From Candidatus Oxydemutatoraceae bacterium (GTDB taxonomy: Bacteria; Pseudomonadota; Gammaproteobacteria; Poriferisulfidales; Oxydemutatoraceae), in contig CBDCOZ010000003.1 in NCBI GenBank assembly GCA_965220085.1, forward strand, positions 960,001-1,024,000: a stretch of DNA of 64,000 nt, written 5' to 3'. Of this stretch, positions 28,705 through 37,801 are shown piece by piece (within the stretch, counting starts at the first letter, position 1; each line of letters starts with the position of its first letter). Position numbers and translations under genes: made by a program. The notes under the pieces are model-generated. The model ran no database searches. It worked only from the letters and a program-made list of their open reading frames with translations, and was not told where the DNA came from.

Positions 28705-30933
28705 ATGAAAAAGTTTTTTGATGATTTGTTTGGGGTCGCGCGGGTTGCGGGGCGGGTTGCCGCTCTCGCTCTGGCGCTGGCATCATCGCCGGCCATGGGG
28801 CAGAAGGTTACGCTGGTGCCATCGGATGCGAGCCCCATGGAGAATGCCGGCGCCATCACATTGACGGCGACCGCGGACTCTGCGCCATCCGCCGACATCA
28901 CCATCACCGTGACATCATCGGCATCCTACCTGAGAGTGCCCGCGGCCAACACCCTGACCATAGCATCGGGTGCCACCGCATCCACCGGCAGCGGGCTGTC
29001 GCTGACCCTGGTGGATGACATAGTGGCCGGACAGGACAGGACGGCCGTGCTGTCGGCCACCATAGCCAGCACCGACACCGGCGCGGCCGCCCCCGATGAT
29101 GTCACCATCACCATAGTGGAGGACGACGAGTTGCGGATGAATCTGCAGACCAGCAGCCTGTGGCGCGAGGGCAGCGAAGAGCAGGCCTGCGTCACATTCT
29201 CCACGCCTTTTGCCGGCTCCATAACGATGGGCTTCACTGCGACGGCGACCGCGCTGGGCGAGATATTTGACCCCACCGCCAGCACCCGCGCCGAAATCAC
29301 CGAGAACAACTATGAGGACGGCGACTTGGCGCTTCCAAACCCGCCCTCCGTCACCGCCGTCGCCGGTAACACCCAGGTGTGCTTCGAAATCGGCGTCAGG
29401 GACAATGACGAGTCGGACGGCCCGCGATTCTTCACCCTGTCGTTTGGCGATATCAGAACCGAGACCATTAAGTTCCCCATAGTCGGCGACAACACCGCCA
29501 TCCAGCAGATTGCGGATGATGATAATACGCCCGCCACCGGCGCGCCGGCCGTCACAGCGGCGGACAATGCCGACCTGACAATGGCGGGGCCCAATGAGGA
29601 CAGCCTGCTGACCGCCGCTCGCGGCGCCATAGACGATGACGATGGCCTCATCACATTCGCCCCGACCTGGGTCTGGCAACAGGGCGATGCCGCCGATGGC
29701 GTCTTCACCGACATAATATCGGCCACCGCCGCCACCTTCGCGCCCCTGCAGGCCCATGTCGGCAAGTTTCTGCGCGCCTGTGCCACCTTTGACGATTACG
29801 CCGGCAAAAGCGAGACCCGTTGCTGGACCTCGGTCGCCGCCGTCGTCAATGTCGATGATGCTCCGGTTGCGATGGGCAACACCATCCATGTGCCGGTGGG
29901 CGGCAGCTATACGTTCTCGGCGGATGACTTCCTCTTTGCCGATGAGGACGACGATGCGCTGGTCAGCGTTGTCATAGAGGGCGCACCCACCGCCGGCACC
30001 CTGAGCGTGGCGGGCATCTCGTTGACCGCCAACAGTGCGGCCGTGACTGTGTCCGCCGCCGGCATCAACAACAACAGCATCGTATACCAACCGGCGAGCG
30101 GCCAGTCCGCTACCGCTGGCTACGCCACATTCACATTTAATGTGACTGCCAACGCCAAGACCAGCGACAACGATGCCGCCATGACCATAGACCTGGTGCC
30201 ATCTGCCAACACGACGGCCACCGGCGCGCCGACGGTGACGGCTACAACGGGCACCGCCGCCTATGACGAGAATGTGGAACTGACCGCATCCGCCACCGGC
30301 GTAACCGATGCCAACGGCATCCCCGCCCACACCCGCATCTGGCAATGGCAATCCGCCGCCGCCGCCAGCAGCACCCCGACCGCCAGCGCCTACGCCGACA
30401 TCCCCGGGGCCGCCGCCGCCAACTTCACGCCCCGGCGGGTCCATGTCGGCCAATACATCCGCGTCTGCCTCCGCTTCACCGATGGCATAGGCACCACAGA
30501 GGGCGGCGACGCCGCTTCCCCCACGCTGTGCTCCGTCGGCGCCATCATCGCCAGAGCCAATTCGGTGAGTGTGCCGACTACCGCCGACGAATCAAAGCCC
30601 TATGTTTTCAAGCTATCCGACTTCATGTTCCCGGAGGACACCGGCAATCCGCAAAGCATAACCATACGCACCGCCATAGCATCCTACAAGGGCACATTGC
30701 ACAACGGCAGCGACCCGGTGACCGCCGGCGCCACAGTGACCGCCGCCGAGTTGCGCAACGGCGACCTTGCTTTCTATCCCGCGGGCAGATTCGCCGCCGC
30801 CTTCAACTTCGCCAGTTTCGCCTACACCGTGAACTATGGCGGCACAGACACCGAAACCCGCACCATGAACATACATCTGGTAGAGCGCCTGCGCTTGCGC
30901 TTGCGCGTATTCCTCGAAGGCCCCCTGCGGTAG
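28705..30933 (+). CDS. Secreted adhesin-like protein with Calx-beta and Ig/cadherin-like repeats
   Basis: Signal peptide; TLVDD, TIVEDD and IADDDN Calx-beta-type motifs; two ATGAP.V...W(Q/V)WQ...DI.GA.AA.F.P...HVG..R modules; DDAPVA..YTFSADDF; ends LRLRLRVFLEGPLR. Confidence 0.8.
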   Translation: MKKFFDDLFGVARVAGRVAALALALASSPAMGQKVTLVPSDASPMENAGAITLTATADSAPSADITITVTSSASYLRVPAANTLTIASGATASTGSGLSLTLVDDIVAGQDRTAVLSATIASTDTGAAAPDDVTITIVEDDELRMNLQTSSLWREGSEEQACVTFSTPFAGSITMGFTATATALGEIFDPTASTRAEITENNYEDGDLALPNPPSVTAVAGNTQVCFEIGVRDNDESDGPRFFTLSFGDIRTETIKFPIVGDNTAIQQIADDDNTPATGAPAVTAADNADLTMAGPNEDSLLTAARGAIDDDDGLITFAPTWVWQQGDAADGVFTDIISATAATFAPLQAHVGKFLRACATFDDYAGKSETRCWTSVAAVVNVDDAPVAMGNTIHVPVGGSYTFSADDFLFADEDDDALVSVVIEGAPTAGTLSVAGISLTANSAAVTVSAAGINNNSIVYQPASGQSATAGYATFTFNVTANAKTSDNDAAMTIDLVPSANTTATGAPTVTATTGTAAYDENVELTASATGVTDANGIPAHTRIWQWQSAAAASSTPTASAYADIPGAAAANFTPRRVHVGQYIRVCLRFTDGIGTTEGGDAASPTLCSVGAIIARANSVSVPTTADESKPYVFKLSDFMFPEDTGNPQSITIRTAIASYKGTLHNGSDPVTAGATVTAAELRNGDLAFYPAGRFAAAFNFASFAYTVNYGGTDTETRTMNIHLVERLRLRLRVFLEGPLR

Positions 30934-30959
30934 TGCGAGTGACCTGCGGCAGAGAAGGG

Positions 30960-31216
30960 GAGTATTGTGGGATGCGCAAGGAGTGAGACAAGACACAAAT
31001 GAATGCATTCAATGAACGCTTTAATCGTCTCTTCGGGAAAGGCTGCGGAATTTGAAGAGAGTTTGTTGCGGACCGACATTCGGACATTCAATGATTGTCG
31101 GATAAAGTATCTGTCATGGTTTCACACCGTCGCTAAGGGAGCACACTACGGCCTGAGGCTTCAAGCGCCCATGACACCAATCACACAATATCCGCTCCAT
31201 GTGTCGGCATCATACG
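30960..31216 (+). mobile_element. Second degenerate IS481-like remnant
   Basis: ATGAATGCATTCAATGAACGCTTTAATCGT = MNAFNERFNR (integrase-core N...ERFNR motif), followed by a homologue of the 28291-28469 segment ending GGCATCATAC. Confidence 0.6.
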
Positions 31217-31302
31217 CTGACTTGCGATAGCCACTGACTTGCGGTCGCCGATGAACCGTGCCTGCGCGGTATCCGACAATGGTGGTAGTATGGGACGGGC
31301 AG

Positions 31303-32166
31303 ATGGTTAAAAACAAGAAAGTTCTAATCGCCGGCATGGGCAAGCTGGGCAGCGCGCTTGGCGTACGGCTTGCCAAGGCCGGCGCAGAGGCGGCGGGCAT
31401 TCGCCGCCGCGCCGATTTGATTCCGTCAGAGGTGATGGCAATCCGGGCGGATTTGTCCGACCGCAAAGGTTTGGAAAAGGTCAAGGCGTTGTCCGCTCGG
31501 TGGGATGCGGTGGTCTATGCCGTGGCCGCCGGCGCATTTAACGAGGCCGATTACCGGCAGGCGTATTTGGATAACCTCAACAATCTGTTGGCGCGGGCAG
31601 AGGTCGCTGCCGGCGGCAGGATTATCTTTGTGTCCAGCTCCGCTGTGTACGGGCAGGATGACGGCGCGTGGGTGGATGAGGATTCGCGAACGGCTCCGTC
31701 TCACTTTAACGGCAAGATTATGTTGGAGGCCGAGCGCGCTGCGTTGCAAACCGGCATTGCGACCGTCGTGCGCTTTAGCGGCATATACGGCGCCCGGCGC
31801 ACACGCTTGCTTGAGCAGGTCGCCGCCGGGACGGTTGCCCCGTTGCAACCGGTTATCTACAGCAACCGGATTCACGAGGAGGATTGCGTCGGCGTGTTGG
31901 AGTTTTTGCTGACCGATGCGCTGGCAGGCCGAGCGCCGGATGACATATACATCGCATCCGACTGTGAGCCGGCGCCGCTGGCCCAAGTGCAACGCTGGAT
32001 CGCATCGCGGTTGGGCATCGATGCGCGACAGTTGGAGGAGCGGGCATCGCCGCGTCGGGCGGGAAGCAAACGTTTGAGCAACCGCAAGTTATTGCGGGCT
32101 GGCTACCGCTTTCGCTACCCGACATACCGCGATGGTTACGGGCAAGCGGCGGCTCGGCGCGAATAA
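31303..32166 (+). CDS. Atypical SDR / NAD-dependent epimerase family protein
   Basis: IAGMGKLG, FVSSSAVYG, RFSGIYG, SNRIHEED, GSKRLSNRKL. Confidence 0.85.
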   Translation: MVKNKKVLIAGMGKLGSALGVRLAKAGAEAAGIRRRADLIPSEVMAIRADLSDRKGLEKVKALSARWDAVVYAVAAGAFNEADYRQAYLDNLNNLLARAEVAAGGRIIFVSSSAVYGQDDGAWVDEDSRTAPSHFNGKIMLEAERAALQTGIATVVRFSGIYGARRTRLLEQVAAGTVAPLQPVIYSNRIHEEDCVGVLEFLLTDALAGRAPDDIYIASDCEPAPLAQVQRWIASRLGIDARQLEERASPRRAGSKRLSNRKLLRAGYRFRYPTYRDGYGQAAARRE

Positions 32167-32750
32167 CGCCGGAAACATTGCGGATTCCCGGCATCGACAC
32201 GGGTTGTCATGAATCATGCCGGAAGCATTGCGGACTCCCGGCATCAACACGGGTTGTCATGAATCATGCCGGAAGCATTGCGGACTCCCGGCATCAACAC
32301 GGGTTGTCATGCATCGTGCCGGAAGCATTGCGGGCCCCCGGCATCAACGAAGGCCGACAGGCAATATCAGCACATCGGCAACGCCGCCGCAACCGCCCGC
32401 CGGAGGCGGTCGCAGGGACTGAATAACGCCGGAAACATTGCGGACTGCCGGCATCGGCACGGGTTGCCGAATCATCCGGAAACATGCCGGACTCCTCGCA
32501 TCGACACGGTTGCCGAATCATGCCGGAAACATTGCGGAGTCTTGGCATCGGCACGGGTTGCCGAATCATGCCGGAAACATTGCGGACTGCCGGCATCGAC
32601 ACGGGTTGTCATGAATCATGCCGGAAATATTGCGGATTCCCGGCATCGACACGGGTTGTCATGAATCATGCCGGAAACATTGCGGAGTCTTGGCATCGGC
32701 ACGGGTTGCCGAATAACGCCAGAAGCATTGCGGACTGCCGGCATCAAGCG
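32161..32750 (+). repeat. Tandem array of ~11 palindromic 46-50 bp units (REP/BIME-like), interrupted once by a ~70 bp module
   Basis: Consensus GAATCATGCCGGAAACATTGCGGACTCCCGGCATCGACACGGGTTG(TCAT/CC) with an ATGCCGG...CCGGCAT stem. Confidence 0.92.
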
Positions 32751-32816
32751 GGCGTCATGCAAATTGCTTGGGCTATAATGTCTCTTCCGACGCTTCACAT
32801 GTAATTTGGTAGTCAA

Positions 32817-33803
32817 TTGAAGAACGAACACGGCTGGCAGGTGACCGCTCCGGCGCGCCTGCACTTTGGGTTTATCAATCTGGATCATCGCGCGCCCCGT
32901 CGTTTTGGCGGGCTCGGCGTGGCATTGGCGGCGCCGGTGTGTCGGGTCACATGGCAACCCGCTGCGCAGTTGACTATCGTCGGCGATGCGGAGGGCAAAC
33001 TGCGGGATTTGATCATGCGCTTTGATCGGCTGTACGGCGTGACAACCGCCGGTCGCGCAGAGTTGGCGGAATGTATCCCGCGTCACGCCGGGCTCGGCTC
33101 CGGCACACAGTTGGTCTTGGCTGTCGGTCACCTGCTGGCGCGCGCGCATGGTTTGCAACTGGATAGCAGGGATATTGCCGCACAGTTTCAGCGCGGTCTG
33201 CGCTCCGGCATCGGTGTCGCCGCTTTTGACCGCGGCAACTTTGTCGTTGACGGCGGCAAGAAGGAGGAGGCGCGACAGGCGCCGCCATTGCTGGCGAATC
33301 CGAAGTTTCCCGCCGAGTGGCGTATCGTGCTGGTGCTGGATTACCAAGCCGAAGGTTTGCATGGCAGCGATGAGCGCGCGGCATTTGATCTGCTGAAGCA
33401 ATCGTCGCCGCCGTGTGCGAAGGAGCTCAGTTACTTGGTACTGACAGGGATACTGCCGTCCTTGGTCGAGGGTGATTACGATGGCTTCGGCGATGCCTTC
33501 GGGCGGTTTCAGCGGATGATGGGCGACGGCTTCGCATCGTTTCAGGGAGGCGGGCGTTACAGCAGTCCGAATGTCGCAAAGGTCTTGGAATATTTATGCA
33601 AACAAGGTATAAAAGGCATCGGTCAGAGTTCCTGGGGGCCGAGCGCGTACGCCATCGCCAGAGACTCGGGCCACGCCGACGAGATAAAGCGATTGATTAA
33701 GCGTGTTGTCAAAGCCGATGCTGCGATAGCGGATGCGTCAATCGGCATACTTGAAACCCAAGCGAATCCGATCGGCGGCACGATCGAAAAACTTATTCTT
33801 TAG
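32817..33803 (+). CDS. mptG: Beta-ribofuranosylaminobenzene 5'-phosphate synthase (GHMP family)
   Basis: APARLHFG, HAGLGSGTQL, RSGIG, GQSSWGPS. Confidence 0.92.
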   Translation: MKNEHGWQVTAPARLHFGFINLDHRAPRRFGGLGVALAAPVCRVTWQPAAQLTIVGDAEGKLRDLIMRFDRLYGVTTAGRAELAECIPRHAGLGSGTQLVLAVGHLLARAHGLQLDSRDIAAQFQRGLRSGIGVAAFDRGNFVVDGGKKEEARQAPPLLANPKFPAEWRIVLVLDYQAEGLHGSDERAAFDLLKQSSPPCAKELSYLVLTGILPSLVEGDYDGFGDAFGRFQRMMGDGFASFQGGGRYSSPNVAKVLEYLCKQGIKGIGQSSWGPSAYAIARDSGHADEIKRLIKRVVKADAAIADASIGILETQANPIGGTIEKLIL

Positions 33804-33823
33804 CAGCAGAGGAGATTACGGGA

Positions 33824-34732
33824 ATGGCTCAGAAACGATATATCTTGCACATGTTTACGCCGACAGCCAATGTCAGTCCGTTTGATGTCAATATGGCGGC
33901 GGATGCCGGTTGGGATACGGTTATGCCTTATACCGCGTTGGAGAGCGGGGATATTGCGCCGCTGACGCAGGATGCGATTTTTTCGCGCGGGCCGTCGGGC
34001 GTCAAACGCACCGGCATCTTTATCGGCGGCCGGGATATGCGCGGCGCGTTGGAGATGTTGGATGCCGCGCGCAAGGCTATGGTGCCGCCGTTTGAAGTGT
34101 CGGTGATGGCCGACCCCAGCGGGGCTTTTACAACGGCCGCGGGCATGATTGCCGCCGTCGGCGGCGCATTGGAAGCGGCCGGCGCGGGGTGGCAGTCGCG
34201 TCGGGTGTTGGTGCCGGGAGGCACCGGCCCGGTCGGGATGGCGGTCTCGGTGTTGGCGGCTCAACTCGGCGCCGAGGTCACTATTATGAGTCGGGCGCAG
34301 GAGAAGGCCGACAAAGCGGTTGCGATGTGCCAAAGTTTGGTTGATGGCAAAGGCAGTCTGAGCGGCAGCGGACAAGACCGCAAAGCGGAATTGTTGTCGC
34401 AGACAGAGGTGCTGCTGGCGACGGCTGCGGCGGGCATTGAAGTGATGAGCGCGGATGAAGTGACGGCGGCGGCCCGCCTCAAAGTGGCCGCCGATGTCAA
34501 TGCGGTGCCGCCGTCCGGAATCGCCGGACTGGATGTGATGAGTTCGGATACCGTCTTGCCCGCTTCGCCGTCTTCGGCGATCGGTGTCGGTGCGCTTGCC
34601 ATCGGCAATATCAAATACCAATCTCAGCATCGCCTCTTGAAGCAGATGCGCGAAAGCGACGCGCCGCTGTGCTTGCATTACGAAGATGCCTGTCGGGCGG
34701 CGCAGGAGTATGTCGCGGAAAAACAAGCCTGA
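33824..34732 (+). CDS. mtdB: NAD(P)-dependent methylene-H4MPT dehydrogenase
   Basis: SPFDVNMAADAG, QDAIFSRGP, DPSGAFTTAA, GGTGPVG, DVNAVPP, GALAIGNIKY. Confidence 0.9.
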   Translation: MAQKRYILHMFTPTANVSPFDVNMAADAGWDTVMPYTALESGDIAPLTQDAIFSRGPSGVKRTGIFIGGRDMRGALEMLDAARKAMVPPFEVSVMADPSGAFTTAAGMIAAVGGALEAAGAGWQSRRVLVPGGTGPVGMAVSVLAAQLGAEVTIMSRAQEKADKAVAMCQSLVDGKGSLSGSGQDRKAELLSQTEVLLATAAAGIEVMSADEVTAAARLKVAADVNAVPPSGIAGLDVMSSDTVLPASPSSAIGVGALAIGNIKYQSQHRLLKQMRESDAPLCLHYEDACRAAQEYVAEKQA

Positions 34733-35813
34733 GACTTTAATCGTCTCCTCAAGCGGCCGCTGGTTGGCGGCGTCGGCTGCGCGCAAACAGCACAGCGTCG
34801 GCGTGATAGATATGTTTGCCGATACCGATGTGCGCCGGCATAGTGTGTTTTGCGAACGCGTGCCGCCCGCCGCCGCCGGCGGTTTTGATGCGCAGCGCTT
34901 GCGCAGCGCCTTTGCGCGTTGTGCCGCCGCTCACGATTCGCTGACCGGCTGGATTGCGGGCAGCGGTTTTGAAGCGGCGGCAGATTTGTTGCGCGAGATG
35001 GCGTCTTGCTTGCCTCTGATCGGCAATGATCCGCGGATATTTGAAACCTGCGCACAGCCCGGCGCGCTCAAGCGGCGGGCGGGGCGGCTGGGAATAAGCT
35101 GTGTGCCGCAGGACGATGACATGCCTTGCCTGCTCAAGCGTCCGACTGCCGGCGGCGGGTGGCATATCCGTTTGAATGCGGATGCGATGCCGTCTGATGT
35201 GCGCGAGACGTATCTGCCGGGTGTGGCGCTCTCGCATGTGTTTGTTGCCGCAGAAGGGCGGATATCCAGCATCGGTTTTGGCACCCAGTGGCATTCCCGT
35301 CACGACACGGAACGGCCTTTTGCTTATGGCGGCGCGATCAACCGCTGTCTGCTGAGCGCAGACGAACAACAAAAACTGATAGCGCGGAGCCGTTGTCTGA
35401 GCGCCGATCTGGGTTTGCGCGGATTGAATAACATAGACTATTTGTGGTGCGCGGGGGAGGTTTGCTTTCTTGAACTCAATCCGCGCCCGAGCGCGAGCAT
35501 GGCGGTGTATGATCCGGATTACCGCGACGGCCTGTTTGCCGCGCATCTGAACGCGTGTCGCGGTCGCTTGCTGCCGGCGAATCCGGTGTCGCGGGTCAGA
35601 GCCCACGCGGTGATTCACGCCCAATGTGATTTTGTCTTGCCCGATAATTTTGCGTGGCGGGAAGCGGCTTGCGATCGCCCGCGCCCGCGTTCGTTTGGCA
35701 AGGGGGAGCCGGTTTGCAGTTTGGTAGTACAATGTGCCACTGTCGAATCAACCTTGTCACTATTACAACAAGAAACACGCGAACTCATTGCCCGCTTTGC
35801 CCGCGCGGCCTAA
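34710..35813 (+). CDS. ATP-grasp protein of H4MPT clusters (OrfY-like)
   Basis: DMFADTD, GSGFE, GGGWHI, LELNPRPSAS; position between mtdB and mch. Confidence 0.8.
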   Translation: MSRKNKPETLIVSSSGRWLAASAARKQHSVGVIDMFADTDVRRHSVFCERVPPAAAGGFDAQRLRSAFARCAAAHDSLTGWIAGSGFEAAADLLREMASCLPLIGNDPRIFETCAQPGALKRRAGRLGISCVPQDDDMPCLLKRPTAGGGWHIRLNADAMPSDVRETYLPGVALSHVFVAAEGRISSIGFGTQWHSRHDTERPFAYGGAINRCLLSADEQQKLIARSRCLSADLGLRGLNNIDYLWCAGEVCFLELNPRPSASMAVYDPDYRDGLFAAHLNACRGRLLPANPVSRVRAHAVIHAQCDFVLPDNFAWREAACDRPRPRSFGKGEPVCSLVVQCATVESTLSLLQQETRELIARFARAA

Positions 35814-35858
35814 AACCCGGTTTAACAGCCCGTTAAAGAACATTTAAGGAAGCAATTT

Positions 35859-36830
35859 ATGAATGCCGATGAACTCAGTATCAATACGCTGACGATACCG
35901 CTGCTTGAATCGTTATGCGCCAGGGCTGTGCCTTTGCGGCTTGGTATCAAGCGTTGTGAGAGCGGTGCGCGGATTATCGATGCCGGAATTGCATCGGCAG
36001 GCGGCCTTGAAGCGGGGCGCGCGATCGCCGAGATTTGTCTCGGCGGATTGGGTCATGTGCGCTTGATGCACGATGGCGTAAGCGAAAGATGGCCGCTGAC
36101 GGTGCATGTGCACACATCCGATCCGGTCATCGCTTGCTTGGCATCGCAATATGCGGGCTGGAGTTTGTCGCACAAAGATGGCGGCGAATCTTTTCACGCG
36201 CTGGGTTCCGGGCCGGCGCGGGCGTTGTCACGGCGCGAACCGCTGTTTGCGGAGCTCGGTTACCGCGACAGTTGCGAGCGGGCGGCGCTCGTTTTGGAAG
36301 CGGATCAACCGCCGCCTCCGCCGTTAGTCGAAAAGATTGCCGGGCAGTGCGGCGTGGCTGCGGATAACTTGTCGCTGATTCTGACGCCGACGAGCAGCCT
36401 TGCGGGTTCTGCTCAAGTCGTTGCCAGAGTTTTGGAAGTGGCGCTGCACAAAGCGCATGCGCTGGGTTTTGATTTGAACCACATCGTCGATGGCGCCGGC
36501 AGTGCGCCGCTGGCGCCGCCGGCTTCCGATTTTCTCACGGCGATGGGGCGCACCAATGACGCGATTATGTTTGCCGGTCGGGCGCAACTGTTTGTGAATG
36601 GCACGGCGGAAAAGGCCGAAGCATTGGCACAAGCATTACCCAGCAATACATCGCGCGATTACGGCGAGCCTTTTGCAAGTATCTTTAAGCGCTACGAATA
36701 TGACTTCTTCAAGATCGATCCGATGCTGTTCAGCCCCGCCCAAGTGATGGTTTCGCATCTGCCGAGCGGGAAAACGTTCCGCGCCGGATCGCTGGATACC
36801 GAGTTGCTTGAGAAGTCTTTCGCCGCCTGA
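35859..36830 (+). CDS. mch: Methenyl-H4MPT cyclohydrolase
   Basis: EICLGGL, SQYAGW, LGSGPARAL, QVVARVLE, MGRTND, DFFKIDPMLFSPA. Confidence 0.95.
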   Translation: MNADELSINTLTIPLLESLCARAVPLRLGIKRCESGARIIDAGIASAGGLEAGRAIAEICLGGLGHVRLMHDGVSERWPLTVHVHTSDPVIACLASQYAGWSLSHKDGGESFHALGSGPARALSRREPLFAELGYRDSCERAALVLEADQPPPPPLVEKIAGQCGVAADNLSLILTPTSSLAGSAQVVARVLEVALHKAHALGFDLNHIVDGAGSAPLAPPASDFLTAMGRTNDAIMFAGRAQLFVNGTAEKAEALAQALPSNTSRDYGEPFASIFKRYEYDFFKIDPMLFSPAQVMVSHLPSGKTFRAGSLDTELLEKSFAA

Positions 36831-36859
36831 GCCGGTCATCTGTTTGTTGTTTCCGGACA

Positions 36860-37777
36860 ATGGCCGCTGACAATATCGGGGATAGCACAATTTCCATCGC
36901 GCTGATAAGCGATGCACCCGGCTGGCACAGTGAGCAATTAATCAATTCTTTCTCCAAACGATCTTGCACGGTCAAAGTCGTGCCTCTGCAACAATGTCAT
37001 ATCACAAGCGATCGCGGCGCGGTGCGCTTGCCGGGCTTTGCAGACCGGTTGCCGCATGGCGTGTTTGTTCGCGGTATCCCGGCGGGCTCGCTTGACACGG
37101 TTACGTTTTATCTCGATGTGCTTCATGCGCTGGCGCATCTGGGGGTATTTGTTTATAACGATGCCGCGATGATAGAGCGCAGTGTGGATAAGAGTATGAC
37201 GAGCTTTTTACTGTCTCTGGGAGAGGTTGCGACGCCTTTGGCGTGGTCTTTTTCCGACTGGGATAAGGCTGCCGGGGTCGTTGAAGCGCAACTGCAAAAC
37301 AAAGCTTGCAAGCTGGTATTAAAGCCTGTTTTCGGTTCTCAAGGTAAAGGTCTGGAGTTGATTCAAAATCTGCAAGCTTGGCAAGTGGCGCATGCGCACA
37401 ACAAAGACAATGAATGTGTTTGCTATCTGCAATCGTTTGTTGAAAGCGGGGAGGGCGGCGATATGAGAACATTTGTCATCGGCGGCAAAGTTATCGCGGC
37501 GATGAAACGCATTGGCGAAGGTTGGATTAATAATGTTGCTCGCGGAGCAAAATGCGTCAGCGTTGATTGCACCGATGAGATGGCCGAGTTGTCACAGAAA
37601 GCAACGGCACAACTCGGCATTTTTTACGGCGGGGTTGATCTGATAAGAGATGCTGACGGTAAGTTGTGGGTAATCGAGGTGAACAGCATTCCGGCATGGA
37701 AGGGTTTGCAGGGCATTTCCGATATAAATATAGCCGATTGCCTGGCGGAGGATTTTCTTGACAAGATTGCCGTGTAG
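36860..37777 (+). CDS. RimK-family ATP-grasp glutamate ligase (Orf5/MptN-like)
   Basis: IERSVDK, KPVFGSQGKG, NNVARG, YGGVD, EVNSIPAW. Confidence 0.85.
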   Translation: MAADNIGDSTISIALISDAPGWHSEQLINSFSKRSCTVKVVPLQQCHITSDRGAVRLPGFADRLPHGVFVRGIPAGSLDTVTFYLDVLHALAHLGVFVYNDAAMIERSVDKSMTSFLLSLGEVATPLAWSFSDWDKAAGVVEAQLQNKACKLVLKPVFGSQGKGLELIQNLQAWQVAHAHNKDNECVCYLQSFVESGEGGDMRTFVIGGKVIAAMKRIGEGWINNVARGAKCVSVDCTDEMAELSQKATAQLGIFYGGVDLIRDADGKLWVIEVNSIPAWKGLQGISDINIADCLAEDFLDKIAV

Positions 37778-37801
37778 CGGGCATTGTCGGAGGGTTTGCA
37801 G

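Noticed and set aside
28915-30453. Long antisense ORFs (also 48622-49938, 50602-51618, 33800-34786, 34749-35732, 2504-3571)
   Set aside because: Shadow frames of GC-rich genes on the opposite strand with no recognisable motifs.
32161-32750. CRISPR array
   Set aside because: Units are contiguous repeats with no unique spacers, and no cas genes are in the window.
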